Shown here in pieces: positions 54,097 through 64,000 of a stretch of 64,000 nucleotides of DNA. Each line of letters starts with the position of its first letter. Position 1 is the first letter of the stretch. The position numbers and the translations under genes are program-made. Under the pieces are notes generated by a model, which saw nothing but the letters and a program-made list of their open reading frames with translations, was not told where the DNA came from and made no database searches. Source of the DNA: Escherichia phage ECO4; the sequence record NC_054911.1, one strand, 5' to 3'.

Positions 54097-54123
54097 TAGC
54101 TGGTCAGTGAGATAATTATAATC

Positions 54124-54131
54124 TATTTATA
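54124..54131 (-). promoter_or_regulatory. late promoter TATAAATA upstream of gene 32
   Basis: Exact TATAAATA on minus strand about 85 nt upstream of the ATG. Confidence 0.55.
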
Positions 54132-54139
54132 ATAAGCAA

Positions 54140-54793
54140 TTAATACTTACAAGATTTCACAGTTTCAATAAAAACTTTTTTAGCTTCCTGTGAATCGATA
54201 TTTAAAATTTTTCTATAAGCCTTTAACTTTATAGAATAATTATTCCAGACTAAATTATCAGTCTGTTCATCATGTTTATCGATTATATTTAAAAACGAAT
54301 CAAGCAAGATAAACGTCTCAAACGAAATTATATTCGATTGCAGAAGTTTAAAAATATAACTTGACTGAACTTTTGGATTATACTCAAAGATTTCTTTAAA
54401 AGCAGAAACTTCAACTTTTTTACTAAAATAATAAATGTTGCGAATATCTTCTTCAAACTTAAATTTAATTTGCTTTAAGCGTCCGATATATTCACGATAA
54501 AACACAAGTGCATCAGCGTCAGAGATGTCGCCAATCCAAGCGTCTTGGTTAGCAACCAAATTACTTATAAAGATTAAAGCAAGTTCCTTTAATTTATATT
54601 TTTCTGATAACTTCTGGAAAAAATACTTATCCCTTCGCTTTTGATAAGCGGCATCAGACACCCGCATGCACCAATTATACTTAATAACATCATACTTTCC
54701 ATTCATATGTTGTTTTATCATTAAGTATAATTTATAAACTGATTTACCATCAATGTATCTTTCACCACCAGCAGGCATGCGGAGTTTAATCAT
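54140..54793 (-). CDS. 59: gp59 helicase loader
   Basis: 217 aa as in T4 gp59; position after gene 32. Confidence 0.85.
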   Translation of the reverse strand: MIKLRMPAGGERYIDGKSVYKLYLMIKQHMNGKYDVIKYNWCMRVSDAAYQKRRDKYFFQKLSEKYKLKELALIFISNLVANQDAWIGDISDADALVFYREYIGRLKQIKFKFEEDIRNIYYFSKKVEVSAFKEIFEYNPKVQSSYIFKLLQSNIISFETFILLDSFLNIIDKHDEQTDNLVWNNYSIKLKAYRKILNIDSQEAKKVFIETVKSCKY

Positions 54794-55128
54794 AGCAGAA
54801 AATCTAATGTATTAGTTTTTTCACAACGAACAACAGAAGGACGTAAAAGATTTTCGTCAATAGCTTCTGACTGAATTTTTTCAATTATACCCGAAGGAAT
54901 AAATTTAGCAAATTGAGTTTCAGGAATAGAATTTTCTTCTAAGAATGCTGTTGTAGCTTCAAGATAACTCATTCCAAACTCTTCTACCATTTTTTCAATG
55001 ATAAATCCATTTTCTTGTCGATCAAGAAGCTTTGCGATTTCATCTTTTTCCTTTTTAAGGGAAAGTTCTTTTTCTGAAAGCCCGGCCTCATCGACCGGAC
55101 GAATATCATTTAGAGAAAACTGTGTCAT
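54790..55128 (-). CDS. 33: gp33 late transcription accessory factor
   Basis: 112 aa from ATG 55128 (MTQFSLNDIRP...); position. Confidence 0.75.
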   Translation of the reverse strand: MTQFSLNDIRPVDEAGLSEKELSLKKEKDEIAKLLDRQENGFIIEKMVEEFGMSYLEATTAFLEENSIPETQFAKFIPSGIIEKIQSEAIDENLLRPSVVRCEKTNTLDFLL

Positions 55129-55375
55129 AAAGTTCAACTACCTCTTCAGTTTCAGCTTCAAACACATCACGGTTATCTTTATGATATAGAGCCAAAAGAC
55201 GATTAAACATCTTGCCATCAACACCAAGTTCATCTTTGGCACGAATTCGAATATCTTTAATCAATTCATTATAACCGGAAATTTTCAGTTTATGATCAGA
55301 TGCTTCTTTAATAAATTTAGCCAAGTCTTCGCCGTGGATAGCTTCATCAAATTCAACCATTTCTTTTTTAGCCAT
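55106..55375 (-). CDS. dsbA: DsbA double-stranded DNA-binding protein
   Basis: 89 aa; position between rnh and 33. Confidence 0.7.
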   Translation of the reverse strand: MAKKEMVEFDEAIHGEDLAKFIKEASDHKLKISGYNELIKDIRIRAKDELGVDGKMFNRLLALYHKDNRDVFEAETEEVVELYDTVFSK

Positions 55376-55383
55376 TATTCACC

Positions 55384-56301
55384 TCAAAATTCATTAATGC
55401 TATTAGTTAATTTAGAAAGACCCGCTTTTACAAAATATGAATAAATTTTGCCACGCGGTGGTAATTTATATGAATTATAGTAATTCACAATGTTTGAAGC
55501 AATATTATCAGGAATATAATCAAAATCAATTAGAACTAAATTTTCTTTATAACGATTATATTCAGATTCTGTGAGAAGCACCTTAGCTTGCTCACGGTCA
55601 TTAGCAATAGCTTCAACGATTGAAGTTTTCATTGAAGGAGTTCGTTCACCTTCAACTTTGGTAAACCAAAAGTCAGATCGTACTTTAACTGAAGCAACGT
55701 TATCCTTTTTGTCGCCTTTAAGGATTTTAGTCATACAGTCAATTTCAGCAGAACCGCTTTTAATTTTAACCCATTTCTTATGCATCGGTGACCATTGCTT
55801 AACATTTGGGTATTTGTGAAGCTGTGTAAAGTCACCATCCGACGAAATGATTAAAATTTTATGTCCTTCTAAAGAGAACTTTTTAACAAGAACAGCAATG
55901 TGGTCATCTGCTTCATACTTATCAATATCCATAACAATGTATGGCATATAAGCTTTCAATTCATCTATAACTTTATGACTGGATTCAAAATAACCTTCCC
56001 AGTCCCAAGTAGATTCTTCTCGTGCTTTTCCGCGGTTTTTCTTATAATAATACGCGAAATCACGACGCCAGTATCCAGATTTCGCGTTATCAATACACAG
56101 TACAATTTTAGTGTATCCAAGCGTTTTTGCTTTTTTAACATTAAACTTAATTGAGTTCAATATCAAATGACGAACCATTGATAAATTAATTTTTTCTTTA
56201 TCTGGGAAGTTTACCAAAGCAGTTGAAAGCGCAATTTGACTAAAGTCAATTAAGCAGATTCCTTCTTTGTAATCTTCATCCAACATCATTTCTAAATCCA
56301 T
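55384..56301 (-). CDS. rnh: RNase H (5'-3' exonuclease, FEN-like)
   Basis: 305 aa from ATG 56301 with GAGG RBS; position. Confidence 0.85.
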   Translation of the reverse strand: MDLEMMLDEDYKEGICLIDFSQIALSTALVNFPDKEKINLSMVRHLILNSIKFNVKKAKTLGYTKIVLCIDNAKSGYWRRDFAYYYKKNRGKAREESTWDWEGYFESSHKVIDELKAYMPYIVMDIDKYEADDHIAVLVKKFSLEGHKILIISSDGDFTQLHKYPNVKQWSPMHKKWVKIKSGSAEIDCMTKILKGDKKDNVASVKVRSDFWFTKVEGERTPSMKTSIVEAIANDREQAKVLLTESEYNRYKENLVLIDFDYIPDNIASNIVNYYNSYKLPPRGKIYSYFVKAGLSKLTNSINEF

Positions 56302-56323
56302 ATGAACCTCGTTCAATTAGTGA

Positions 56324-56359
56324 GATTTCTATTATATACCATCCGAATCTTAAAGTAAA
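56324..56359 (-). promoter_or_regulatory. early-type promoter for rnh
   Basis: Minus strand GTTTACT - 17 nt - TATAAT with TGn. Confidence 0.5.
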
Positions 56360-56363
56360 CAAG

Positions 56364-56371
56364 TATAAATA
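56364..56371 (+). promoter_or_regulatory. late promoter TATAAATA upstream of gene 34
   Basis: Exact TATAAATA 35 nt upstream of gene 34 ATG. Confidence 0.6.
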
Positions 56372-56405
56372 CTTATTATTGAAAACACAATAGGAGCCCG
56401 GGAGA

Positions 56406-59400
56406 ATGGCCGAGATTAAAAGAAAGTTCAGAGCAGAAGATGGTCTGGACGCAGGTGGTGATAAAATAATCAACGTAGCTTTAGCTGATCGTGCCGTAGG
56501 AACTGACGGTGTTAACGTTGATTACTTAATTCAAGAAAACACAGTTCAACAATATGATCCAACTCGTGGATATTTAAAAGATTTTGTAATCATTTATGAT
56601 AACCGCTTTTGGGCTGCTATAAATGATATTCCAAAACCAGCAGGAGCTTTTAATAGCGTACGATGGAGAGCGTTACGCACTGATGCAAACTGGACAACTG
56701 TTTCGTCAGGACCTTATCAATTAAAATCAGGCGAATCGATTTCAGTTAACACCGCAGCGGGTAATGACATTACATTTACTTTGCCATCTTCTCCAATTGA
56801 TGGTGATACTATCGTTCTCCAAGATATTGGAGGAAAACCTGGAGTTAACCAGGTTTTAATTACAGCTCCGGTACAAAGCATTGTAAACTTTAGAGGTCAA
56901 CAAGTACGCTCAGTACTAATGACTCATCCAAAATCACAGATAGTTTTAATTTTTAGTAATCGTCTGTGGCAAATGTATGTTGCTGATTATAGCAGAGAAG
57001 CGGCAGTTGTAACACCAGCAAGTCTTTATCAAGCGCAATCAAACGATTTTATCGTGCGTAGATTTACTTCTGCTTCAGCAATTAATATTAAACTTCCTAG
57101 ATTTGCTAATCATGGGGATATTATTAATTTTGTTGATTTAGATAAATTAAATCCACTTTATCACACAATTGTTACCACATATGATGAAACAACTTCAGTA
57201 CAAGAAGTTGGAACTCATTCCATTGAAGGCCGTACATCTATTGATGGTTTCTTGATGTTTGATGATAATGAGAAATTGTGGAGATTGTTTGACGGGGATA
57301 GTAAAGCACGTTTACGCATTATAACGACTAATTCTAATATTCGTCCAAATGAAGAAGTCATGGTATTTGGCGCGAATAATGGAACAACCCAAACAATTGA
57401 ACTTCAGCTTCCAACTGATATTTCTATCGGTGATACTGTTAAGATTTCCATGAATTATATGAGAAAAGGACAAACAGTTAAAATCAAAGCTGCCGGTGAA
57501 GATAAAATTGCTTCTTCAGTTCAATTGCTGCAATTTCCAAAACGTTCAGAATACCCACCTGAAACTAAATGGGTGACTGTTCAAGAATTAGTTTTTAATG
57601 GCGAAACCAATTATGTTCCAGTTTTACAGCTTGCTTATATCGAAGATTCCGATGGAAAATATTGGGTTGTACAGCAAAATGTTCCAACTGTAGAAAGAGT
57701 AGACTCTTTAAATAATTCTACTAGAGCAAGATTAGGCATAATTGCTTTAGCTACACAGGCTCAAGCTAATGCTGATCTAGAAAATTCTCCACAAAAAGAA
57801 CTGGCAATTACTCCAGAAACGTTAGCTAATCGTACTGCTACAGAAACTCGTAGAGGTATTGCAAGAATAGCAACTACTGCTCAAGTTAACCAGGATACTA
57901 CATTCTCTTTTGCTGATGATATTATCATCACTCCTAAAAAGCTGAATGAAAGAACAGCTACTGAAACTCGCAGAGGTGTTGCCGAAATTGCTACGCAGCA
58001 AGAAACTAATGCAGGAACCGATGATACGACAATCATCACTCCTAAAAAGCTTCAAGCTCGCCAAGGTTCTGAATCATTATCTGGTATTGTAACTTTTGTA
58101 TCTACTGCAGGTGCTACTCCGGCTTCTAGCCGTGAATTAAATGGTACGAATGTTTATAATAAAAACACTAATAATTTAGTTGTTTCGCCAAAAGCTTTGG
58201 ACCAGTATAAAGCTACGCCTACTCAACAGGGTGCAGTAATTTTAGCAGTTGAAAGTGAAGTAATTGCTGGTCAAAGTCAAGAAGGATGGGCAAATGCTGT
58301 TGTAACGCCAGAAACGTTACATAAAAAGACATCAACTGATGGAAGAATTGGTTTAATTGAAATTGCTACGCAAAGTGAAGTTAATACAGGAACTGATTAT
58401 ACTCGTGCAGTCACTCCTAAAACTTTAAATGACCGTAGAGCAACTGAAAGTTTAAGTGGTATAGCTGAAATTGCTACACAAGTTGAATTCGACGCGGGCG
58501 TCGACGATACTCGTATTTCTACACCATTAAAAATTAAAACTAGATTTAATAGTACTGATCGTACTTCTGTTGTTGCTCTATCTGGATTAGTTGAATCAGG
58601 AACTCTCTGGGACCATTATACCCTTAATATTCTTGAAGCAAACGAGACACAACGTGGTACACTTCGTGTAGCTACACAAGTTGAAGCTGCTGCTGGAAAA
58701 TTAGATAATGTTTTAATAACTCCTAAAAAGCTTTTAGGTACTAAATCTACTGAAGCACAAGAAGGTGTTATTAAAGTTGCAACACAAACCGAAACTGTTG
58801 CTGGAACATCGGCAAATACTGCTGTATCTCCAAAAAATTTAAAATGGATTGTGCAGAGTGAACCTACTTGGGCAGCTACTACTGCAGTAAGAGGCTTTGT
58901 TAAAACTTCATCTGGTTCAATTACATTCGTTGGTAATGATACAGCCGGTTCTACCCAGGACTTAGAGCTATACGAGAAAAATAGCTATGCAGTATCACCA
59001 TACGAATTAAACCGTGTATTAGCAAATTATTTGCCATTAAAAGCAAAAGCTGCAGATAGTAATTTATTGGATGGTCTAGATTCATCTCAGTTCATTCGTA
59101 GGGATATTGCGCAGACGGTTAATGGTTCACTAACCTTAACTCAACAAACGAATCTGAGTGCCCCTCTTGTATCATCTAGTACTGCTACGTTCGGTGGATC
59201 AGTTTCAGCAAATAGTACATTAACTATTTCTAATACTGGAACAGCAACTCGATTGATTTTTGAGAAAGGACCTCAAACTGGAACAAACCCAGCCCAAACG
59301 ATGACGGTTAGAGTGTGGGGAAATCAATTTAGTGGGGAATTAGATACAACACGTTCTACCGTATTTGAAGTTAGTGATGAAACATCTAGTCATTTTTATT

Positions 59401-60275
59401 CTCAGCGCAATAAAGCCGGAAATATAACATTTAATATCAACGGTACAGTAACACCGATAAATGTTAATGCTTCAGGAACATTGAATGCAAATGGCGTAGC
59501 AACATTTGGTAATTCAGTCACTGCAACTGGTGAAATTATTTCTCGAAGCGCAAATGCTTTCCGTGCTATTAACGGAAATTACGGTTTTATTGTTCGCAAT
59601 GATGGATCAGTAACGAATTTTATGCTTACTGCATCGGGTGATCAGACTGGTGGATTTAATGGATTACGCCCATTAGCTATTAATAATGCATCTGGCCAAG
59701 TAACGATTGGTGAAAGCTTAATCATTGCCAAAGGTGCTACTATAAATTCAGGTGGTTTGACTGTTAACTCGAGAATTCGTTCTCAAGGTACTAAAACATC
59801 TGACTTATATACACGTGCGCCAACATCTGATACTGTAGGATTCTGGTCAATTGATATTAACGATTCAGCTACTTATAACCAGTTCCCAGGTTATTTTAAA
59901 ATGGTTGAAAAAACTAATGAAGTGACTGGTCTTCCATATTTAGAACGTGGCGAAGAAGTTAAATCTCCTGGTACACTGACTCAGTTTGGTAACACACTTG
60001 ATTCGCTTTATCAAGATTGGATTACTTATCCAACGACACCAGAAGCGCGTACCACTCGTTGGACACGTACATGGCAGAAAACCAAAAATTCTTGGTCAAG
60101 TTTTGTTCAGGTATTTGATGGAGGTAACCCTCCTCAACCGTCTGATATCGGTGCTTTACCATCTGATAATGCTACAATGGGTAATCTTACTATTCGTGAT
60201 TTCTTACGAATTGGTAATGTTCGCATTATTCCTGACCCAGTGAATAAAACTGTTAAATTTGAATGGGTTGAATAA
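56406..60275 (+). CDS. 34: long tail fibre proximal subunit gp34
   Basis: 1289 aa as in T4 gp34; internal repeats; position. Confidence 0.95.
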   Translation: MAEIKRKFRAEDGLDAGGDKIINVALADRAVGTDGVNVDYLIQENTVQQYDPTRGYLKDFVIIYDNRFWAAINDIPKPAGAFNSVRWRALRTDANWTTVSSGPYQLKSGESISVNTAAGNDITFTLPSSPIDGDTIVLQDIGGKPGVNQVLITAPVQSIVNFRGQQVRSVLMTHPKSQIVLIFSNRLWQMYVADYSREAAVVTPASLYQAQSNDFIVRRFTSASAINIKLPRFANHGDIINFVDLDKLNPLYHTIVTTYDETTSVQEVGTHSIEGRTSIDGFLMFDDNEKLWRLFDGDSKARLRIITTNSNIRPNEEVMVFGANNGTTQTIELQLPTDISIGDTVKISMNYMRKGQTVKIKAAGEDKIASSVQLLQFPKRSEYPPETKWVTVQELVFNGETNYVPVLQLAYIEDSDGKYWVVQQNVPTVERVDSLNNSTRARLGIIALATQAQANADLENSPQKELAITPETLANRTATETRRGIARIATTAQVNQDTTFSFADDIIITPKKLNERTATETRRGVAEIATQQETNAGTDDTTIITPKKLQARQGSESLSGIVTFVSTAGATPASSRELNGTNVYNKNTNNLVVSPKALDQYKATPTQQGAVILAVESEVIAGQSQEGWANAVVTPETLHKKTSTDGRIGLIEIATQSEVNTGTDYTRAVTPKTLNDRRATESLSGIAEIATQVEFDAGVDDTRISTPLKIKTRFNSTDRTSVVALSGLVESGTLWDHYTLNILEANETQRGTLRVATQVEAAAGKLDNVLITPKKLLGTKSTEAQEGVIKVATQTETVAGTSANTAVSPKNLKWIVQSEPTWAATTAVRGFVKTSSGSITFVGNDTAGSTQDLELYEKNSYAVSPYELNRVLANYLPLKAKAADSNLLDGLDSSQFIRRDIAQTVNGSLTLTQQTNLSAPLVSSSTATFGGSVSANSTLTISNTGTATRLIFEKGPQTGTNPAQTMTVRVWGNQFSGELDTTRSTVFEVSDETSSHFYSQRNKAGNITFNINGTVTPINVNASGTLNANGVATFGNSVTATGEIISRSANAFRAINGNYGFIVRNDGSVTNFMLTASGDQTGGFNGLRPLAINNASGQVTIGESLIIAKGATINSGGLTVNSRIRSQGTKTSDLYTRAPTSDTVGFWSIDINDSATYNQFPGYFKMVEKTNEVTGLPYLERGEEVKSPGTLTQFGNTLDSLYQDWITYPTTPEARTTRWTRTWQKTKNSWSSFVQVFDGGNPPQPSDIGALPSDNATMGNLTIRDFLRIGNVRIIPDPVNKTVKFEWVE

Positions 60276-60283
60276 GAGGTATT

Positions 60284-61399
60284 ATGGAAAAATTTATGGC
60301 AGAGTTTGGACAAGGATATGTCCAAACGCCATTTTTATCGGAAAGCAATTCAGTAAGATATAAAATAAGTATAGCGGGTTCTTGCCCGCTTTCTACAGCA
60401 GGACCATACGTTAAATTTCAAGATAATCCTGTAGGAAGTCAAACATTTAGTGCAGGTCTTCATTTAAGAGTTTTTGACCCTTCTACAGGAGCATTGGTTG
60501 ATAGTAAGTCATATGCTTTTTCTACTTCAAATGATACTACATCTGCTGCCTTTGTTAGTTTCATGAATTCTTTTTCAAGCAATAGACTTGTTGCCATATT
60601 AACTAGCGGAAAGGTTAATTTTCCTCCTGAAGTAGTATCTTGGTTAAGAACGGCAGGAACATCTGCTTTTCCATCTGATTCTTTATTGTCAAGATTTGAC
60701 GTATCATATGCTGCCTTTTACACTTCTTCTAAAAGAGCTATCGCACTAGAGCATGTTAAACTGAGTAACAGAAAAAGCACAGATGACTATCAAACTATAT
60801 TAGATGTAGTATTTGATAGTTTAGAAGATGTTGGAGCGACAGGATTTCCTAAAAGAACATATGAAAGCGTTGAGCAATTTATGTCAGCTGTTGGTGGAAC
60901 TAATAACGAAATTGCACGTCTACCTACAGCATCTGCAATAAGTAAACTTTCTGACTATAATTTAATTCCTGGAGATGTTCTTTATCTTAAAGCACAACTA
61001 TATGCTGATGCTGATTTATTAGCGTTGGGAACTACTAATATTTCAATTCGTTTTTATAATGCGTCGAATGGATATATTTCCTCGACACAAGCTGAGTTTA
61101 CTGGACAGGCTGGGTCTTGGGAATTAAAAGAAGATTATGTAGTTGTTCCAGAAAATGCAGTTGGATTTACGATATACGCACAGAGAACTGCACAAGCGGG
61201 TCAAGGCGGTATGAGAAATTTAAGCTTTTCTGAAGTGTCAAGAAATGGTGGCATTTCAAAACCTGCTGAGTTTGGCGTCAATGGTATTCGAGTTAATTAT
61301 ATCTGTGAATCTGCTTCACCTCCGGATATAATGGTACTTCCTACGCAAGCATCGTCTAAAACTGGTAAAGTGTTTGGACAGGAATTTAGAGAAGTTTAA
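60284..61399 (+). CDS. 35: long tail fibre hinge protein gp35
   Basis: 371 aa; position. Confidence 0.85.
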   Translation: MEKFMAEFGQGYVQTPFLSESNSVRYKISIAGSCPLSTAGPYVKFQDNPVGSQTFSAGLHLRVFDPSTGALVDSKSYAFSTSNDTTSAAFVSFMNSFSSNRLVAILTSGKVNFPPEVVSWLRTAGTSAFPSDSLLSRFDVSYAAFYTSSKRAIALEHVKLSNRKSTDDYQTILDVVFDSLEDVGATGFPKRTYESVEQFMSAVGGTNNEIARLPTASAISKLSDYNLIPGDVLYLKAQLYADADLLALGTTNISIRFYNASNGYISSTQAEFTGQAGSWELKEDYVVVPENAVGFTIYAQRTAQAGQGGMRNLSFSEVSRNGGISKPAEFGVNGIRVNYICESASPPDIMVLPTQASSKTGKVFGQEFREV

Positions 61400-61404
61400 A
61401 TTGA

Positions 61405-61428
61405 GGGAGCCTTCGGGTTCCCTTTTTC
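61405..61428 (+). terminator. rho-independent terminator after gene 35
   Basis: GGGAGCC-TTCG-GGTTCCC hairpin followed by TTTTTC. Confidence 0.7.
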
Positions 61429-61430
61429 TT

Positions 61431-61438
61431 TATAAATA
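61431..61438 (+). promoter_or_regulatory. late promoter TATAAATA upstream of gene 36
   Basis: Exact TATAAATA 24 nt upstream of gene 36 ATG. Confidence 0.6.
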
Positions 61439-61461
61439 CTATTAAAATAAAGGGGCATACA

Positions 61462-62118
61462 ATGGCTGATTTAAAAGTAGGTTCAACAACTGGAGGCTCT
61501 GTCATTTGGCATCAAGGAAATTTTCCATTGAATCCAGCCGGTGACGATGTACTCTATAAATCATTTAAAATATATTCAGAATATAATAAACCACAAGCAA
61601 CTGATAACGATTTCGTTTCTAAAGCTAATGGTGGTACATATTTAAATAAAGTAATTTTTAATAAAGGAATGGCTGTTCCTGGTGCTGGGTCAGGTGACAA
61701 CGGTATTTTTGCCGGTCCTGGTGATAATGCTACATATGATACTACAAATATGGATATTGTTTCATGGTATGGTATCGGCTTTAAATCATCACAAGGGGCA
61801 GCAGGTAGAACTGTAGTAATTAACACACGAAACGGAGATATTAGCTCAAAGGGTGTAATTGAAGCATCACAAATACGCGCAACTTCGTTATCACCAGTAA
61901 ATAATTATGACCTTACGAGAAAAGATTATGTTGATGGAGCAATAAATATTGTTACAACAAATGCAAACTCTAGAGTATTACGCTCTGGAGACACTATGAC
62001 AGGAAATTTAACTGCGCCAAACCTTTTTTCACAGAATCCTGCATCTCAACCATCGCATGTTCCGCGATTTGACCAAATCGTAATTAAGGATTCTGTTCAA
62101 GATTTCGGCTATTATTAA
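61462..62118 (+). CDS. 36: long tail fibre distal connector gp36
   Basis: 218 aa; position. Confidence 0.85.
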   Translation: MADLKVGSTTGGSVIWHQGNFPLNPAGDDVLYKSFKIYSEYNKPQATDNDFVSKANGGTYLNKVIFNKGMAVPGAGSGDNGIFAGPGDNATYDTTNMDIVSWYGIGFKSSQGAAGRTVVINTRNGDISSKGVIEASQIRATSLSPVNNYDLTRKDYVDGAINIVTTNANSRVLRSGDTMTGNLTAPNLFSQNPASQPSHVPRFDQIVIKDSVQDFGYY

Positions 62119-62127
62119 GAGGACTTA

Positions 62128-64000
62128 TGGCTACTTTAAAACAAATACAATTTAAAAGAAGCAAAACGGCAGGTCAACGTCCAGCTGCTTCAGTATTAGC
62201 CGAAGGTGAATTGGCTATAAACTTAAAAGACCGTGTACTTTTTACTAAAGATGACCAGGGAAATATTATTGATTTAGGTTTTGCTAAAGGCGGTAGTATT
62301 GACGGGAATGTTATTCATACAGGCAATTATAACCAAACTGGCGATTATACTTTAAATGGCGTCTTCACTCAGACTGGTAATTTTAATTTAACTGGTATTG
62401 CTCGAGTAACTCGCGATATTATTGCCGCTGGGCAGATTATGACTGAAGGCGGAGAACTTATTACAAAAAGTTCAGGAACGGCACACGTTCGTTTTCATGA
62501 TTCCGCCGACCGTGAACGCGGTATTATTTTTTCTCCTGCTAATGACGGTTTAACTACACAAGTAGTTAACATCAGAGTTCAAGATTACAAAGCTGGTTCA
62601 GAAAACACTTTCGCTTTTAATGGAAATGGTTTGTTTTCTTCACCAGAAGTTTTTGGGTGGAAATCTGTATCAACTCCGGTAATTTATACCAATAAAGTTA
62701 TCACCAATAAAAAAGTTAAAGATGATTATGACATCTATTCGATGGCAGACAATGTTCCATTGTCTGAAAGCACTACTGCTATTAATCATCTTCGTGTTAT
62801 GCGTAATGCAGTTGGTTCTGGTATTTTCCATGAAGTTAAAGATAATGATGGAATAACATGGTATAGTGGAGATGGATTAGACGCTTATCTTTGGTCATTT
62901 ACTTGGAGCGGCGGAATTAAATCAAGTCACTCAATTTCCATCGGTTTAACACCCGGACCTAAGGATTACTCAATATTAGGACCGTCTAGTATCGCTTTAG
63001 GAGATAATGATACTGGATTTAAATGGCATCAAGACGGATATTATTTCAGTGTTAATAATGGCACAAAAACGTTTTTATTTAGCCCTAGCGAAACAACTAG
63101 CCTAAGAAAATTTGTAGCTGGATATTCTACTAATGGAACCGATTTAACTACTCCTCCGACTGAAAACTATGCTCTTGCTACTGTCGTGACATATCATGAC
63201 AATAACGCGTTTGGAGATGGTCAGACTCTTTTGGGGTATTATCAAGGTGGTAATTATCACCACTATTTCCGTGGTAAGGGTACTACAAACGTTAACACTG
63301 CAGGTGGTCTGTTAGTCACTCCTGGTAATATTGATGTTGTTGGTGGTTCTGTTAATATCGATGGTAGAAATAATGCCTCTACGCTGATGTTTAGAGGTAA
63401 CACAACTGGTAGCAGTTCAGTTGATAATATGACTATCAGCGTTTGGGGTAATACCTTTACTAATCCTAGTGAAGGCACCCGTAAAAACGTAATGGAAATA
63501 TCTGATGCTACTAGCTGGATGCAATATATTCAACGAACAACTGCTGGTAAAGTCGAATCGGTTCTAAATGGCACCCAGATTGTTAATGAAAACTTGACTG
63601 TAGTAAAAAATGCTACATTTGACGGTACAATCAGCGCAGCCGGTGAAATCGCGACAAATGCTGTAAATGGTCTTCGTATTTGGAACAATGATTACGGTGC
63701 CATTTTTAGACGTTCAGAAGGAAGTCTTCATATTATTCCTACCGAGTTTGGACAAGGTAAAACCGGCGATATCGGTCCACTTCGTCCATTTAGTTTGGCT
63801 TTAGATACCGGTAAGGTTGTTATTCCTGACTTAGATTTGAGTCATACGACTTTTGCTGAAAATGGTTTTATTAAATTTGGCGGTCATGGCGCTGGTGCAG
63901 GCGGTTACGATATTCAATATGCACAAGCAGCTCCTGTTTTCCAAGAAATTGATGATGACGCGGTAAGTAAATATTATCCTATTGTTAAGCAGAAATTCTT
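62128..64000 (+). CDS. 37: long tail fibre distal subunit gp37, 5' partial (runs off window end)
   Basis: ATG 62128; N-terminus MATLKQIQFKRSK...AEGELAINLKDR; frame open to window end. Confidence 0.85.

Overview
This window is a contiguous segment of a T4-like (T-even, Tevenvirinae) lytic phage genome, identified by reading the proteins directly; no database search was run. Plus strand 1..11.7 kb: terminase (16, 17), tail sheath/tube (18, 19), portal (20), prohead core/protease/scaffold (67, 68, 21, 22), major capsid (23) and vertex (24), each behind a TATAAATA late promoter. 11.7..19.9 kb: rnlB (interrupted by an in-frame TAG), hoc (with an extra Ig-like domain), inh, a segE-like GIY-YIG endonuclease, uvsW, uvsY, baseplate 25/26. 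19.9..26.2 kb: baseplate hub genes 51, 27, 28, 29, 48, 54. 26.2..56.3 kb (minus strand, early/middle region): two tandem Alt-family ADP-ribosyltransferases, DNA ligase (30), a HAD-like and a NADAR-like protein, rIII, 31, cd, pseT, a spanin pair, alc, rnlA, denA, nrdB (no intron), an HNH endonuclease, nrdA, td split by a 1016-nt group I intron carrying I-TevI, frd, 32, 59, 33, dsbA, rnh, plus many small hypothetical ORFs. 56.4..64 kb: long tail fibre genes 34, 35, 36 and the 5' part of 37. No tRNA, rRNA, CRISPR array or integrase was seen. I did not find a clearly new multi-gene system; the best candidates for novelty are departures from the T4 layout as I recall it: the rnlB amber codon, the duplicated Alt gene, a 54-bp exactly duplicated promoter/leader cassette, an ORF inserted between frd and td, a NADAR-like gene near the ADP-ribosyltransferases, and unannotated micro-ORFs.
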